A stretch of 64,000 nucleotides of DNA from Convolutriloba macropyga (taxonomy: Eukaryota), in NCBI RefSeq assembly GCF_964194025.1, contig NC_134472.1, positions 13,640,001-13,704,000 on the forward strand, in the 5' to 3' direction. How positions within the stretch are numbered: the stretch's first letter is position 1; each line of letters begins with the position of its first letter. Shown piece by piece: positions 1 to 11,688 of the stretch. Made by a program: the position numbers and the translations under genes. A model generated the notes under the pieces. The model had not been told where the DNA came from, searched no databases, and saw nothing but the letters and a program-made list of their open reading frames with translations.

Positions 1-230
1 AGCATGTAATCGAAAAAGTTTCAATCTAGCAAAGAAAAAATCTAAAAAGGAATTTCCATAACCAAGAAGTCCTCTATGAGGAAATTTTTGGTAAATTTCC
101 TCCAAATTTATATTCTCGTCCCAATTTTTACAGGCCGCTAAAAAACAGTTTTTGCGTTTTTCATTTTTGGGAAAAATTGAAAGGATGCTTCCGTAACAAT
201 TGAATATGTTGACAAGAATGAGAATCTCCA

Positions 231-581
231 TCAACTTTGCGTTCCTTCATCCATGTCAATGCAAGTTTTCTTAAACTTTTCAATATAAGATAAAAGTGTA
301 GGGAGATGCTTTAGTAAGTTCCAACGACGTTGTGAAATGGTAACTTGTTGTTTATCTGAGCGATATATAAGACTTGTTCTGCGTAATCCGTTGTGAACAA
401 CCCACTTAAATTCTGAAAATTGGGACTCTATGTCCAAATTTTCTAATTTGGGAAAATTTTGAGCTTCAAGAACAGTATAGGAATATCGTTTAGGTTTGTA
501 ATGAAGTCTAACGTGAAAAACCTTTGACTTATCTCTGAGACTCAAAAAAATGTTTCTTGAGCAACCAATATCCCAACTCAT
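231..581 (-). CDS. small Polinton accessory protein, possible PC4-like ssDNA-binding fold
   Basis: 116 aa ATG ORF. WDIGCSRNIFLSLRDKSKVFHVRL and VTISQRRWNLLKHL resemble the PC4 beta-sheet and the terminal ISL..QW..L helix; similarity judged by eye only. Confidence 0.45.
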   Translation of the reverse strand: MSWDIGCSRNIFLSLRDKSKVFHVRLHYKPKRYSYTVLEAQNFPKLENLDIESQFSEFKWVVHNGLRRTSLIYRSDKQQVTISQRRWNLLKHLPTLLSYIEKFKKTCIDMDEGTQS

Positions 582-657
582 TCTCAGATCAAAGATTTTT
601 AAAATGAAAAATTTATTGTAGAGAAGACAAAGACATTACAAAATCACACAACAATTA

Positions 658-1211
658 TTACTGAAATGTACATTGTTCAATGTTAGAAAAGTCATTCAAA
701 TTTTGAATCAGTTCCGTGAACTCGTTCAAAGTGTAGCTGACATATGTCACTTGCTTAAACTCATTGTTTTCTTTACGACAGAAGAGCCGAATCCGCACAT
801 AAATGGAGGCTGGATTCTCCTGAACGTTTTGAATGAAAGTCACATATATTCGTCGATTTCGTCCTATGCTGACCTCTCTGAATTTGTGACATTGTTGCAG
901 CACATCCTCCATACATGGGTTCTTATCAAATTGAGTCGGGTGCTCACTCAATTCCAACTCCCCATTCAGGATACTGTTCTTGAGGAAACAGAATTTCTTG
1001 AATTCGTAATCTCCAATTCGAAGCTGTTGGTACTTTGAAATGTTCCAGAGTTATCTTTTCTGAAGACTTGGAAAGTTGGTTCGGAATAATTTTGTCCATT
1101 TTTAAAAATCTGGGACACAGTAAATCTCCCAAATCTTTTTGGGTTAGAACCAAAGTCTATATAAAATGGAACCGAATCATCTCCAGTTTTAGGTTGAGAA
1201 TCGATAAACAT
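658..1211 (-). pseudogene. frameshifted accessory gene with two PC4-like modules
   Basis: ORF 966-1211 (IDFGSNPKRFGRFTVSQ...FQVFRKD...NSFEL) joins by a frameshift near 1010 (DYEFKKFCFLKNSILNGELELSEH) to ORF 658-957 (VSIGRNRRIYVTF...VRIRLFCRKENNEFKQVTYVSYTLNEFTELIQNL). Confidence 0.5.
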
Positions 1212-1359
1212 AGACGGAACACTCGAGTAAAACGGAGAGACTTCACAGAGAGAGACATTTTATCATTTTAATCTGACAGAGAGAAATTAATTGAATGATT
1301 TGACTTGTTATTTTATTCCCTCTATTGTTTCCGATCACCTTTATTTGGTAATGATGTCA

Positions 1360-1593
1360 CTATCCTTTTTTAATTTCCAAATATGGAAAATTCAATTGTG
1401 TCAATTTGCAAAAAAATCCATATAAGGAAACGTAGTCAGAATTTTTAAGTTGAGCAAATGTTTGAACCAGAGCAGTGTATTTATCTTGATGTTTACCACG
1501 TCTGTGTTGCATTAGCGAGTAATAGTGTTTGAAATATTTAGAACAAGTAAAACAACGGATTTCTCTGAGCTGCTGTCTCTTGAACTGTGTCAT
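1360..1593 (-). CDS. small single C2H2 zinc-finger protein
   Basis: CFTCSKYFKHYYSLMQHRRGKH is a canonical C-x2-C-x3-F-x5-L-x2-H-x4-H finger. Confidence 0.65.
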   Translation of the reverse strand: MTQFKRQQLREIRCFTCSKYFKHYYSLMQHRRGKHQDKYTALVQTFAQLKNSDYVSLYGFFCKLTQLNFPYLEIKKG

Positions 1594-1688
1594 TTTTCAA
1601 ATAAAGTTTTCGTTGCATTTGAACTGAATTATATTACTTCCTTATACGGCAGTTTAAAAGAATCGCCCAAAATCACTTTGGTTACAGA

Positions 1689-2288
1689 ATGGCAGCAGTT
1701 ATGTGTCAAGTTTCACCTGACTTTTATAAAAAGTTTTGTGAGAAAGCTTTGTTCATTTGCGTATCGGTTAAAGATTATAAACCCTACTTGCTTACTAACG
1801 AATACTCTGTTGCGTCTCACAATTACACTTTTTGTCCTCTGAAAAATTGTTCTTATCGCATAAGTCTCATTTCATCTTCCATTATTGAATTACTCCAAAA
1901 AATGGATGATTTTTCTTTTCAATATCAGACCGTGGACTGCTTATACATCTTATATAAACATCGGTTTTTTGGTTACACAATGGACGAAGCAGGACTTGTT
2001 TTTACTCAATTGAAGAGAGCGGTACAACATAATTTGGAAAACAAATTTGCTGAAAAACTACCCAGCGTGTCTAAGAAGAGATTGAGTAGAAAGAAGTTCA
2101 AGAGACATCTACTGAGAGCTGAGCAAAGAAATGCAAGCACACAAACATTGAGATCGTCCTTCTTCGACCGAATTCAGTCACTTAAGGGCTCAAATTATGA
2201 GAGTGCGTTAATAAAAAATGTTGATTGTTTACTAGATGGTCATGGAATAATTGATAACCCCATGTTGTACTTTGAAGTTAGAAAGTAA
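1689..2288 (+). CDS. hypothetical Polinton accessory protein (199 aa) with a basic NLS-like patch
   Basis: ATG-initiated open frame containing KKRLSRKKFKRHLLR; AATAAA overlaps the stop; divergent from the C2H2 ORF. Confidence 0.55.
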   Translation: MAAVMCQVSPDFYKKFCEKALFICVSVKDYKPYLLTNEYSVASHNYTFCPLKNCSYRISLISSSIIELLQKMDDFSFQYQTVDCLYILYKHRFFGYTMDEAGLVFTQLKRAVQHNLENKFAEKLPSVSKKRLSRKKFKRHLLRAEQRNASTQTLRSSFFDRIQSLKGSNYESALIKNVDCLLDGHGIIDNPMLYFEVRK

Positions 2289-2894
2289 TAAAGTGTTGGT
2301 ACTAAAATGGTTCAAATCTAGTGTATAATCTAAAGGTCAAAATTTGAACTTAGTTTACTTGTTAAATGTCGAATTTTCAAACAACATTTTTTGTTAAAAG
2401 TCAAAAATAGAACCACAGATTTTTCGCTAAAAATCAAAATTTTTTACCAAACTGTGCGTACAAATTCTGCAATTTTTTTCTCATTTTTCTTTGCTTTACG
2501 GTATGATTTTAAGCAAAAAACAAAAATTTTAATCATTTTCGAAATGACAAGTTTTGAATCTGATCTTGCAGCTTAAAAATCGGATTTGTAACAAAAATTT
2601 TTTCATAAAAATCGAATTTTTTCTCGACATTTTTTGTTAAATATCGAAAATTAATTCGACAGTTTTCTTAGATATCAAAATTAAATTCGTCATAAACAAA
2701 ATTTTTAATAATAACCAATTACCTAAATTATCAACTAACCTTTGGTGTTAATCTTTGTTCTGAAAAACTTGAAAAAAGTAATTAGAAAATTTTAAAATTG
2801 AAAATGTTTATTCAATACGAAACACCTAAGTATTCAACAACTTTATTATTTTTATGAACAAATATAAAATAGTTTACAAAAATGAACATACAAA

Positions 2895-3614
2895 TCAATC
2901 AAAAAGAGTTTCAATAACATATTCTGGCAAGTTCTGAATTTCATTACCGAAGCCTCTTTGTCGCTCATTTCTACCAGGTAGTTGGGTTGGTTGAACAGTG
3001 ACTGGGGTATTAGGTGCATCACTCAAAAAGATAGGATTGCGAGCTGTTACTTCCTCAATCGAAGGAGTTTTCATGGAGGGTGAAGTTGACATGTCAGTGG
3101 ATCCATAGTACTGCAAAGTTTTCCAGATCGCCAAATGACGTGTTGGTACTAGTGTCGATACTCAACTCGCTATGTTCTCTACTATGAGCTCTTAGACTAT
3201 TTGGAGAAGATTATTTGCCACCTCCGGGCTTGATACCTGACATACGTCCGGTGTAGTGAACCAGCTGTTTGGAAATTGCGCTTCCTCCCACGGAAATGTG
3301 TACTGAATGTTCCCAGCTACGTAGTTGGCGGGAAAATCAGATCCATTAACGTGAGGATAGTGGTGTCCACTAACAACAGCAACTTCGTGTCCCATCGCGT
3401 GAGTTCCAAGCTAATTTTCTGTGATTGGAACCTGTCTCTGATGATATGTATCAAACTGCTGTCGCTGGTGCTAAAAAATGTGCCACACAGTAATGGGTAA
3501 AGTGATCACAGACTCATACAGTCCGTTTGATAAATCTCGCACTCCTATCCGAGCAATATCCTCAGTGAAAAAAATTGAGTACAGAAGGTTATTATTTTGA
3601 ACAGTGAACTCCAT
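2895..3614 (-). pseudogene. disrupted accessory gene (N-terminal PC4-like segment, P/T/S-rich C-terminus)
   Basis: From an ATG at ~3614: MEFTVQNNNLLYSIF/TEDIARIGVRDLSNGLYESVITLPITVWHIF*, continuing through stops into track ORFs 3192-3395 and 2895-3134. Minus-strand AATAAA signals lie at ~2806-2855. Confidence 0.4.
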
Positions 3615-3937
3615 CTTGGATTAAATAATAGAAGAGATATTTGTTAGAGAGTGTTGAGAATGGAACAAAAGATTCTTGTTGAGAACGTGATAAAAGTAAT
3701 CAGAGGAGAGACAGTTAGAAAACAACAAATTTCCTTTTTAGGAGGGAAACATAAACTATAAATTAGATTTAAACAAAAGTTAGTACTAAATTAAGTATTT
3801 TTTTAATAAGAAGAATTTGAATGTTGGCGCTCGATAGCAGGATAAAATGTTGAGGAGTAGTTAGTATATTGTGAGAAACAGTAGCCATGGTGTTTTCAGA
3901 GAGATTGGATCAAACGATAATGTCAAAATCAACAACC

Positions 3938-3966
3938 TCTATATATAGTGCGCTCTGTCCAATCAG
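3938..3966 (-). promoter_or_regulatory. CCAAT + TATA promoter-like arrangement
   Basis: The minus strand reads CTGATTGGACAGAGCGCACTATATATAGAG, upstream of the minus-strand ORFs. Confidence 0.35.
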
Positions 3967-3992
3967 AGAACAGTAATCAAAGATGGAAGATT

Positions 3993-4939
3993 CTACGAGA
4001 CAAAGTGACGTTTAGCTGGAAATTTCTGGACGAACTGAAATTCAAATCCAAATTTGGGTAAAATTTCCCAACAGGGTAGGAAGTGAAGGATACGTACAAG
4101 TTTTCCTAAAATGGTCGATTTTAGTCGAAATGAAGTGACATAATTTACCAAAAAAGTCAAGCTTTGATAAATGTTTTCTAATTCGTCAGATTTCAGATCA
4201 ATCTCGGAAAATGTTTCATTTTTGGAATCAAATTTTTGTATATATGCGTTAGGTAAACGAATTCCGAACCTGATCCGTGCTCCCACTGGATTGTAGTCGT
4301 TGTAATAATGGAAGTACAAAGCACTCTGTAGTGAAGAAGTTATTGTTATTGGTTCTGGGAGAGCACAAAGTTTGTTTGTGAAATATTTCTGTACTGTTCC
4401 AATATATCGGCTACGGAGTTCAAAATGAACAACAATTCGTATTTGCTTACATTCGAATCTGAGGATAAATCGGAAGACTGTTTCGCAATAAACTCCTCAT
4501 ATTCAAATTTTTTAATAGAGAACGTTGCATACTCAAGTCCTTTACTAAATCGGATTATTCTTTTGGATTTTGTGAAAATATCCAAAAAATTGTGAAAAAA
4601 AGTATGAATCTACATCAATTTCGTCAATTTTGTATGCATCAGGTATACCTTCTTTTCTCTTGTAAATCTTCTCCAAAGTTTGTAACTGGTTTTGGATCAA
4701 CATCTTTCGCAAATGAGTAAAATTTCACGTATTAATCTATTAAAATAAAAAAATGTTAAAATAGAGAACGAGATAAACAAAACGATATCGTTAATTTTTA
4801 CAACAAGTTTACCAATACTAAAATTTGATTGGTTTCGAGTTTGTAATATAATCACGTTAACGTTAATTGTATATAAGTCATCTTCAATTAAAGTACGAGT
4901 TTCCTTCTCTAATGTTTTAATATTATTGTAAAAACACAT
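3993..4939 (-). pseudogene. frameshifted accessory gene (~300 codons)
   Basis: Three collinear minus-strand ORF pieces (4697-4939, 4346-4585, 3993-4319). A linking frame LIQNQLQTLEKIYKRKEGIPDAYKIDEIDVDSYFFSQF joins the first two via a shift in a T-run. Confidence 0.4.
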
Positions 4940-5395
4940 TTAGTGTTCTATCGATAAAATTACAAAATTAGTTCGTTTACAATATTATTTGTATTCTCTA
5001 AGTGAGCAAACATCTGACAGATAGATTTTGTTAAAAAGTCTGTATTGGGATGAATAGTATTGAATAGTATTCGTCAATATGACAAATAAATATAACTTAA
5101 GATTTCCAATTTCCCTCCAAGGATTGAGGTTACATATTTTGGATGTTTTCTGGATTCAAACTCAATTTAGAATGCAACACTGTGGCGGATTCGTAGGAAG
5201 TTCTTGAACTTTCTCATTGCGTAATGTTACTAAAAATAGAAATTACGTCATTTCCTTATATGGAAGTAGTGAGTCATAAAAGTTGTTCTAACTAACAAAA
5301 CAAAAATTGTATTCATTCTCACTTTGTTATCAGATACAGTTGCTCGGCACTTTACCTGAATTTTTTTTCAATTCATTTTTGATCACAACAATACA

Positions 5396-8300
5396 ATGCC
5401 TTCTGTTGACAGAAATCCACGTGTCAAAAGCACAAAGTGTGGGAAAATGGTTGTCAAGCAGCAAATGGCTCGATACAAAAAATCGTGTGATAGTGGGACT
5501 TTAAAATGTCCCAAGTGTCCACATTTCTATACAAAGAGGAGAGAAGACTTGAACTACCATCTTGCTAAGCATCACGCTCCTCAAGAAAAGAAGCTTAGTA
5601 CAGTGTGCACTATATGTTTGGAGGAATTTCCAAGTTTTTATTCTCTTCAACAACATAAAAGACGGACACACGGAACATCGACCAAAGTTGGAACCAAATC
5701 CAGCGAAAGCTTGAAAGAAGTACTAGACTCGGAAGAGTTGGATAAGAACAACGAACATTTATAGCAGGAACTTAGTGCCTGTCAACACTTCTTTGACAAT
5801 ACTGAGATGGAGAATGGGAGACACAGAGTATTCAATTGTAAATTGTGAAAACTTGATCCCAGCGAAATTAATGAAAAACTGAAGTGTTTGAAAAGCTTAA
5901 CTGCGCTGCAAAAAAAATTTATCTCTGGGATTTATTTTACGAAATGTGGACACAGACGAATACCGATACCTTTATGAGAAAAACACCTTCTTTGAGAAAT
6001 CTCAATTACTTTGTTTTAAGTCTCACTTCAGGATAGAGTAGAGAAAATGGATTTGATTGAGACTTGTGCTCAAGAAAGGGCAAACACAAAATGGCGGTAT
6101 GCACTAACTACGAATGTAACAATTTTCTGTGCTCTTCTCAACAATATCCCAATGGGATGTTTAGATGCTGTTATACTTGAACAGTTGTTGAGAAGAAGAG
6201 ATGTAAATTGTCATGTTACGAATGGATACGGAGAAACCTGCAAAGACTTCATTTGCTTGTTTAGGCTGTGGCTGTTCACCTGTATGGATCAGCTGAGCTG
6301 GAAACAAATGCAGCAAAGTTGTTCAGTGATTTTCTCCACGAGTCTGGTCATGGCGCAATTAACTTTAGAGGAATGTCAATGGATCACCTTGTCTGTGTTG
6401 AAAACGCTATAAAACACAACATTTTAATCTATGACATTGACATTGAGGACGGGGATTTTGTAGGTGAACTTGCCAGAAGAGGTATTGAGATGTACGAGAA
6501 CAACAATAATCTACTGCGCTACAACAACCACATTTGCTATGTTGATGATATACACACGTTCTTCAAACGATTCCGCTGTCCTAATTGTGATACCTTTATT
6601 AAGCGTGCTGGTAATTTCCACCGTCACGTGAAATCTTGTAAAGACAGGATACAGCACATTTATCCGAAGAGTGTTTACACTTTGAGAGAAACTTTGTTCG
6701 ATAAACTTGATGGTTTTGGAATTGGATATGAGGAAGAACAAAAACTGTTCAAGAACTTGGCTGTATTTGACTTCGAATCAATCTGCGTTCCATCTAATGA
6801 AATAAAAGATACCAATACAACTACTTGGATAGGAAAACATGAACCAATCTCAATTTCCTCAAATTTAATACAAGAACCTATTTTCCTTTGCAACCAAGAC
6901 CCCAAGACACTGATTTTATCTTTTGTTGAAACATTAGAAGAGCTAGCTAGCAAAAGTAAAGCAGAAATGTTGCAAAAATTTTCGCCAATTGAAAATGGAA
7001 TTAAAACCAGAATAAGTTCAATTTTCGAGAAGCTCATTGGAAGGAAAGATGAGAGTACTCCAATGTTTGAATTTCAATATATGGAAGAAGAAGAAATTGA
7101 TATGTCGACTCAATTCCTCCAAATTCAGAAAAATCACTTTTTCGAACTACAACAACATTTTGAACGTTATGTCAGCACTTTACCTGTATTTGGATTCAAC
7201 AGCGGGAAATATGATCTGAATCTTATCAAGTCTTATTTACTACCCTACCTCATTCACGAGCGCGATATTCAACCAACGGTTATTAAAAAAGCTAGTCATT
7301 TTGTATCCTTTAATTTTGGTGATTTTCAGTTTCTTGATACTCTAAATTTTCTTGGTGGAGCAACATCACTAGATTCGTTCCTCAAAGCTTAAAAGACAAA
7401 TGAGGCCAAAGGATTTTTCCCTTATGAATGGTTCGACTCACCAAACAAATTGGATGTAACTTCCTTCACCCTTACGAATGTTTCTTTAGTAAGTTGAGAG
7501 ATCACAATCCCTCGGAGAAAGAATCTACGGATTTCACAAAATTGTTGAATAGTGGACTTTCCCAAGAGGGAGCTCTGAAAAAACTTAGGTTGAAGGTAGT
7601 GCCCCTCTCGGGATTTGACAACTAAAATTACTTGGAAAGTGTGTGGGAGCACGAACAAATGACAAATTCCAAGACTTTGTCTGGTGGTATAATAACAAGG
7701 ATGTTGTCCCGACACTAGAAGCGATGCAGAAAATGATGGAATTCTATCATAACAAAGGGATTGATATGTTAAATCTGGGTTGCACACTACCTAATTTAGC
7801 AAATATTTGTCTACACAAATCAACTAATAACAAATTCTATCCTTTCGTTGAAGCAGACAACGATTTACATGATAAAATCCACGAAGACATGACCGGTGGT
7901 CCCTCGATTGTGTTTACTAGAAAAGCGGTTGTGGATCAAACATATATTCGAAACACAGAAAACATTTGCAAATCAATTGTGGGTATAGACGCCAGTCAAC
8001 TTTACGCTTCTCAATGTGTCAAGAAATGCCCACTGGGCTTTAAACTAGATGGGAGTTTGATTCAGACTCTCAGAAGTTTAAAGCTAGGCAAAATAAATCT
8101 AGAAAATTTGAGAACATTGTTATGTCGTACCTAAAATCCCAGCGTCCTAACTGCACTATTGAAAGCTACTACACAACTGGAACTCAGAAAAAGTCTGATT
8201 TTTTAAATGTAGACGGATTTTGTGCTCACAGTAAAACTATTTTTGAAGCAATTAGTTGTTACTTTTACTGTCTTGTCAGGAAGCAAGAATAAGTATGTCA

Positions 8301-9728
8301 GAGGAAGAGACTCAGAGAAGACTCAAGAAACGGGAATACGATGAACTAAGACGAGACTATTTGCGAAACAAAGGATATAAAGTTGTTGAGATATGGGAAT
8401 GTAACTGGTGGGAATCTCTCAAAGGTGATGAATCTGTAAAAATTCACGTGAGAAACAATTTCCCATTCAAGCTACCTCTGACTCAAGAATCTCTACCTGC
8501 TAAGATAAGAGAAGAAAAACTGTTCGGTTACGTTCAGTGTGATCTCGAAGTGCCAGATGGGTTGAAATACAAGTTCTCAAATATTCCACCAACCTTTAAA
8601 AGTTTTAATGTTAGTCGAGCAGATATTGGTAGTTATATGAGGGATTATGCAATTGATAACGATTTACTCAAGCAACCGCAACGCATGTTGATTTCAAGCT
8701 TCAAGTTGGAGAATGGAACAGTCATAACACCTTTACTCAATTTTTACCTTAGTCTTGGGCTGAAATGCACTAAAAATTACCGCTTCGTTCAGTATCCACC
8801 CAAAAAATGATTCGACAATTTTGTTCAATCAGTTGTTGATGCTAGAAGAGCTGGAGATGAAAATCCTGAATCAAGCGTTGTAGCAGAAACAATGAAATTG
8901 TTGGGTAATAGTTCCTATGGTTAGCAAATCATGGACAGAAGCAGACATAAAGAGACAAAATACCTGAACGATGAAAAAACACACAAAGCTATCATTGGGA
9001 AATTGTTTAAGAGACTTATTAGTGTATCGAAAGAACTATAAGGAGTTGAACTTTTAAAATCAAAAATTGAGCGCCGTGAACCGATAATAGTCGGCTTTTT
9101 TATAATTCAGTACGCAAAATTAAGTATGCTGGAGATTTATTACATTTTTTTGATAAATTTTGCAATGTCGACACATTCGAGGAGTTAGAAATGGACACTG
9201 ACTCCTTATACGTCGCTCTATTACACAATAATTTGTACGATTGCATTCGTCCATCTAAAAAAAGCAGAGTGGGAAGCTCTGAGGGAATACGATTGTGATG
9301 ATTCTTTCAAAGCTGATGCTGTACAAAATTTCTTCCCTAGAACTTGTTGTGATAAACATAAAAAGCAAGATAAGGGTGAACCAGGTCTGTTCAAGGAAGA
9401 GTTTAGATGTACTGAAATGATTTGTCTCTGTAGCAAAACTTATTGTTGCTATGATGCCAAATCGGATAAGTACAATTTCAGCAGCAAAGGACTAAACAAA
9501 CGAACATCGGAAGAGACCGGAGATGGACCATTGGAAAAATATCGGCGAGTGATGGAAGAAATCATCAATTTAACATCTACAAAAAGAAGATTTCGGACAA
9601 TCAACCACTGCGTCGCTACCTATGAACAAACAAAGAAAGGGCTCTCATATTTTTATCCTAAACGAAAAGTGTTATCGCATGGAATTCATACTGTACCCCT
9701 GAACTTACCCCATGAACTATTTAATTAA
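5396..9728 (+). pseudogene. protein-primed family B DNA polymerase (Polinton pPolB) with N-terminal C2H2 fingers and a Vsr-like nuclease insertion; many frameshifts and stops
   Basis: Motifs in order: C2H2 x2 (CPKC..HLAKHH, CTIC..HKRRTH); ExoI VFDFESI; ExoII FGFNSGKYDLNLI; ExoIII YNNKDVVP; PolA VGIDASQLY; insert VDGFCAH...GYKVVEIWECNW; PolB MKLLGNSSYG (8892); PolC EMDTDSLY (9188); then PGLFKEE, SKTY, SKGLNK. Confidence 0.92.
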
Positions 9729-9855
9729 TTTTCATTTTGTGAGCGTTCTCTGTAGTGTTCAAAATTACTAAAAATTTACTTGATTAATACTGTGTCTGTC
9801 TTTTTGTACCTTCATAATTCATTCTTATAAAAGTTTTCAATTTTCTCAATTTTTA

Positions 9856-10380
9856 GTGGTTATAACTAATCTTAATACCTTGCGGTGGCTATACCTAATC
9901 TTTATACATTGCGGCGGCTATACCTAATCTTAAAACATTGCGGCGGCTATACCTAATCCTAATACATTGCGGCGGCTATACCGAATCTTAATACATTGCG
10001 GCGGCTATAACTAATCTGTATACATTGCGGCGGCTATACCTAATCTTAATACGTTGCGGCGGCTGTACCTAATCTTAATACATTGCGGCGGCTATACCTA
10101 ATCTTAATACATTGCCGCGGCTATAACTAATCTTAACGCATTGCGGCGGCTATACCTAATCTTAATACATTGCGGCTGCTATACCTAATCTTAATACATT
10201 GCGGCGGCTATACCTAATCTTAATACTTTGCGGCGGCTATACCTAATCTTAATACATTGCTGCGGCTATACCTAATCTTAATACATTGCGGCGGCTATAC
10301 CTGATCTTAATACATTGCGGCGGCTATACCTAATCTTAATACATTGCGGCGGCTATACCTAATCTTAATACATTGCTGTG
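9856..10380. repeat. 29-bp tandem minisatellite, ~18 copies (consensus CATTGCGGCGGCTATACCTAATCTTAATA)
   Basis: Directly visible head-to-tail units with 0-3 substitutions and no spacers. Degenerate solo copies at ~10615-10680. Confidence 0.97.
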
Positions 10381-10431
10381 GTTAATTCAAAAAATTGTTG
10401 AAATTTACTGCGAGGGGAATTATCCGTTAAT

Positions 10432-10504
10432 GCGCGCTGCATGTACAATTCCCCTGCGCGCTAACTGTACAATTCCCCGCCTGTACAATTCCACTGCGCG
10501 CTGC
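10432..10504. repeat. short direct repeats TGTACAATTCC x3 interleaved with TGCGCGCT x3
   Basis: Visible in sequence, inside the putative Polinton terminal region. Confidence 0.8.
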
Positions 10505-10723
10505 CCTAAATGACCTCTAAAATCACGTGACAAGTTGCTCCGGAAAATCACCCTCATCTGCTCCTACCTTACTACTCACACCTTCGAACACATGTAGGCG
10601 CCCCTAGATTTATCCCCAATCTTAATACATTACTGTAGACCCACTCAGAAAAATAACTCCTATACCCTATCTTTATACATGAGGTCATACCCCCCCCTCT
10701 GGGGAGAGTTGCTCACCCTATTA

Positions 10724-11688
10724 CCCAGGTTGAGGTCGCGCTCGAAATCGCCTCTGATCAGACCATCCCAGACAAGTGGGACCTCTGATCAGACCCTCCC
10801 AGACCGAAGTAACCTCTGATCAGACAAGAATGCGCTCGAAGATCATTGTGCGCTCGAAGTGCGCTCGAAGCCGCCTCTGATCAGGCGATTTCCAGACCGA
10901 AGTGACCCCTGATCAGACAAGTTCCAGACTATTGTCCAGACGAGTTCCAGACCATTGTCCAGACTAAAGTGCGTTCGAAATAGTCTGATCAGAGAATGAT
11001 TTTAAACATGAACAAGTCTCTCAATATCGCTATAATATATTCATTTCATCTATCATTTTATCAATCTTATATTCAACTAACAAAAAACCAATCCCGAAAG
11101 TATTGTTAATGAAAGTAAATCGAAAAAAAATGATAAAAAAAATTACTGAGTATGCCATTTTTTTATGCTTTTAACTGAAAAAATAAACTTACACAGCTCT
11201 GCATAAAAACGTCTTGATCTACTTTGATTCAAAATCTTTTCTTGAGGGGACCGGCAGTTGTTATCAGCTGGACCCCTCGGTTCTGATCAAACCCATCAGA
11301 TTTTCAGATGAAGTTCCGATCAGAATGCTGTTTTATTATTGTCTCTTAACCGAGACAACAAAAGTCAGTAAGAAAACAAAAAAAAACTTGAAAAAGATGT
11401 CGCTCGAATTGGTCTCTGGTCAGACTAGTGTGCGCTCGAATCGGCCTCTGATCAGACTTGTGTGCGCCTGAAACTGTCTCTGATCAGACCGTCCCAGACC
11501 AAAGTGACCTCTGATCAGACCGTCCCAGAACAAAGTGGCCTCTGATCAGGCAAGTTCCAGACCATTGTCCAGACAAAAGTGCGCTCGAAGCCTTTTCCAG
11601 ACCATGTAATTCGAGCGCACCGGGAACATGTGTGCGCTCGAAACTCGTCTGATCAGGGGTCACTTCGGTCTGGCCACCTCGACCTGGG
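10724..11688. mobile_element. non-autonomous DNA transposon (EnSpm/CACTA-like architecture)
   Basis: TIRs CCCAGGTTGAGGT / ACCTCGACCTGGG with TA on both flanks. Many subterminal CTCTGATCAGAC, CCAGAC and GCGCTCGAA repeats at both ends; AT-rich non-coding core. Confidence 0.85.

Noticed and set aside
6511-7787. Minus-strand ORFs within pPolB, and similar antisense ORFs within RTTN and exon A
   Set aside because: Antisense shadows of coding sequence with no recognisable motifs.
9856-10380. CRISPR array (29-bp repeats)
   Set aside because: Units are contiguous with no unique spacers, there are no cas genes, and the context is eukaryotic.
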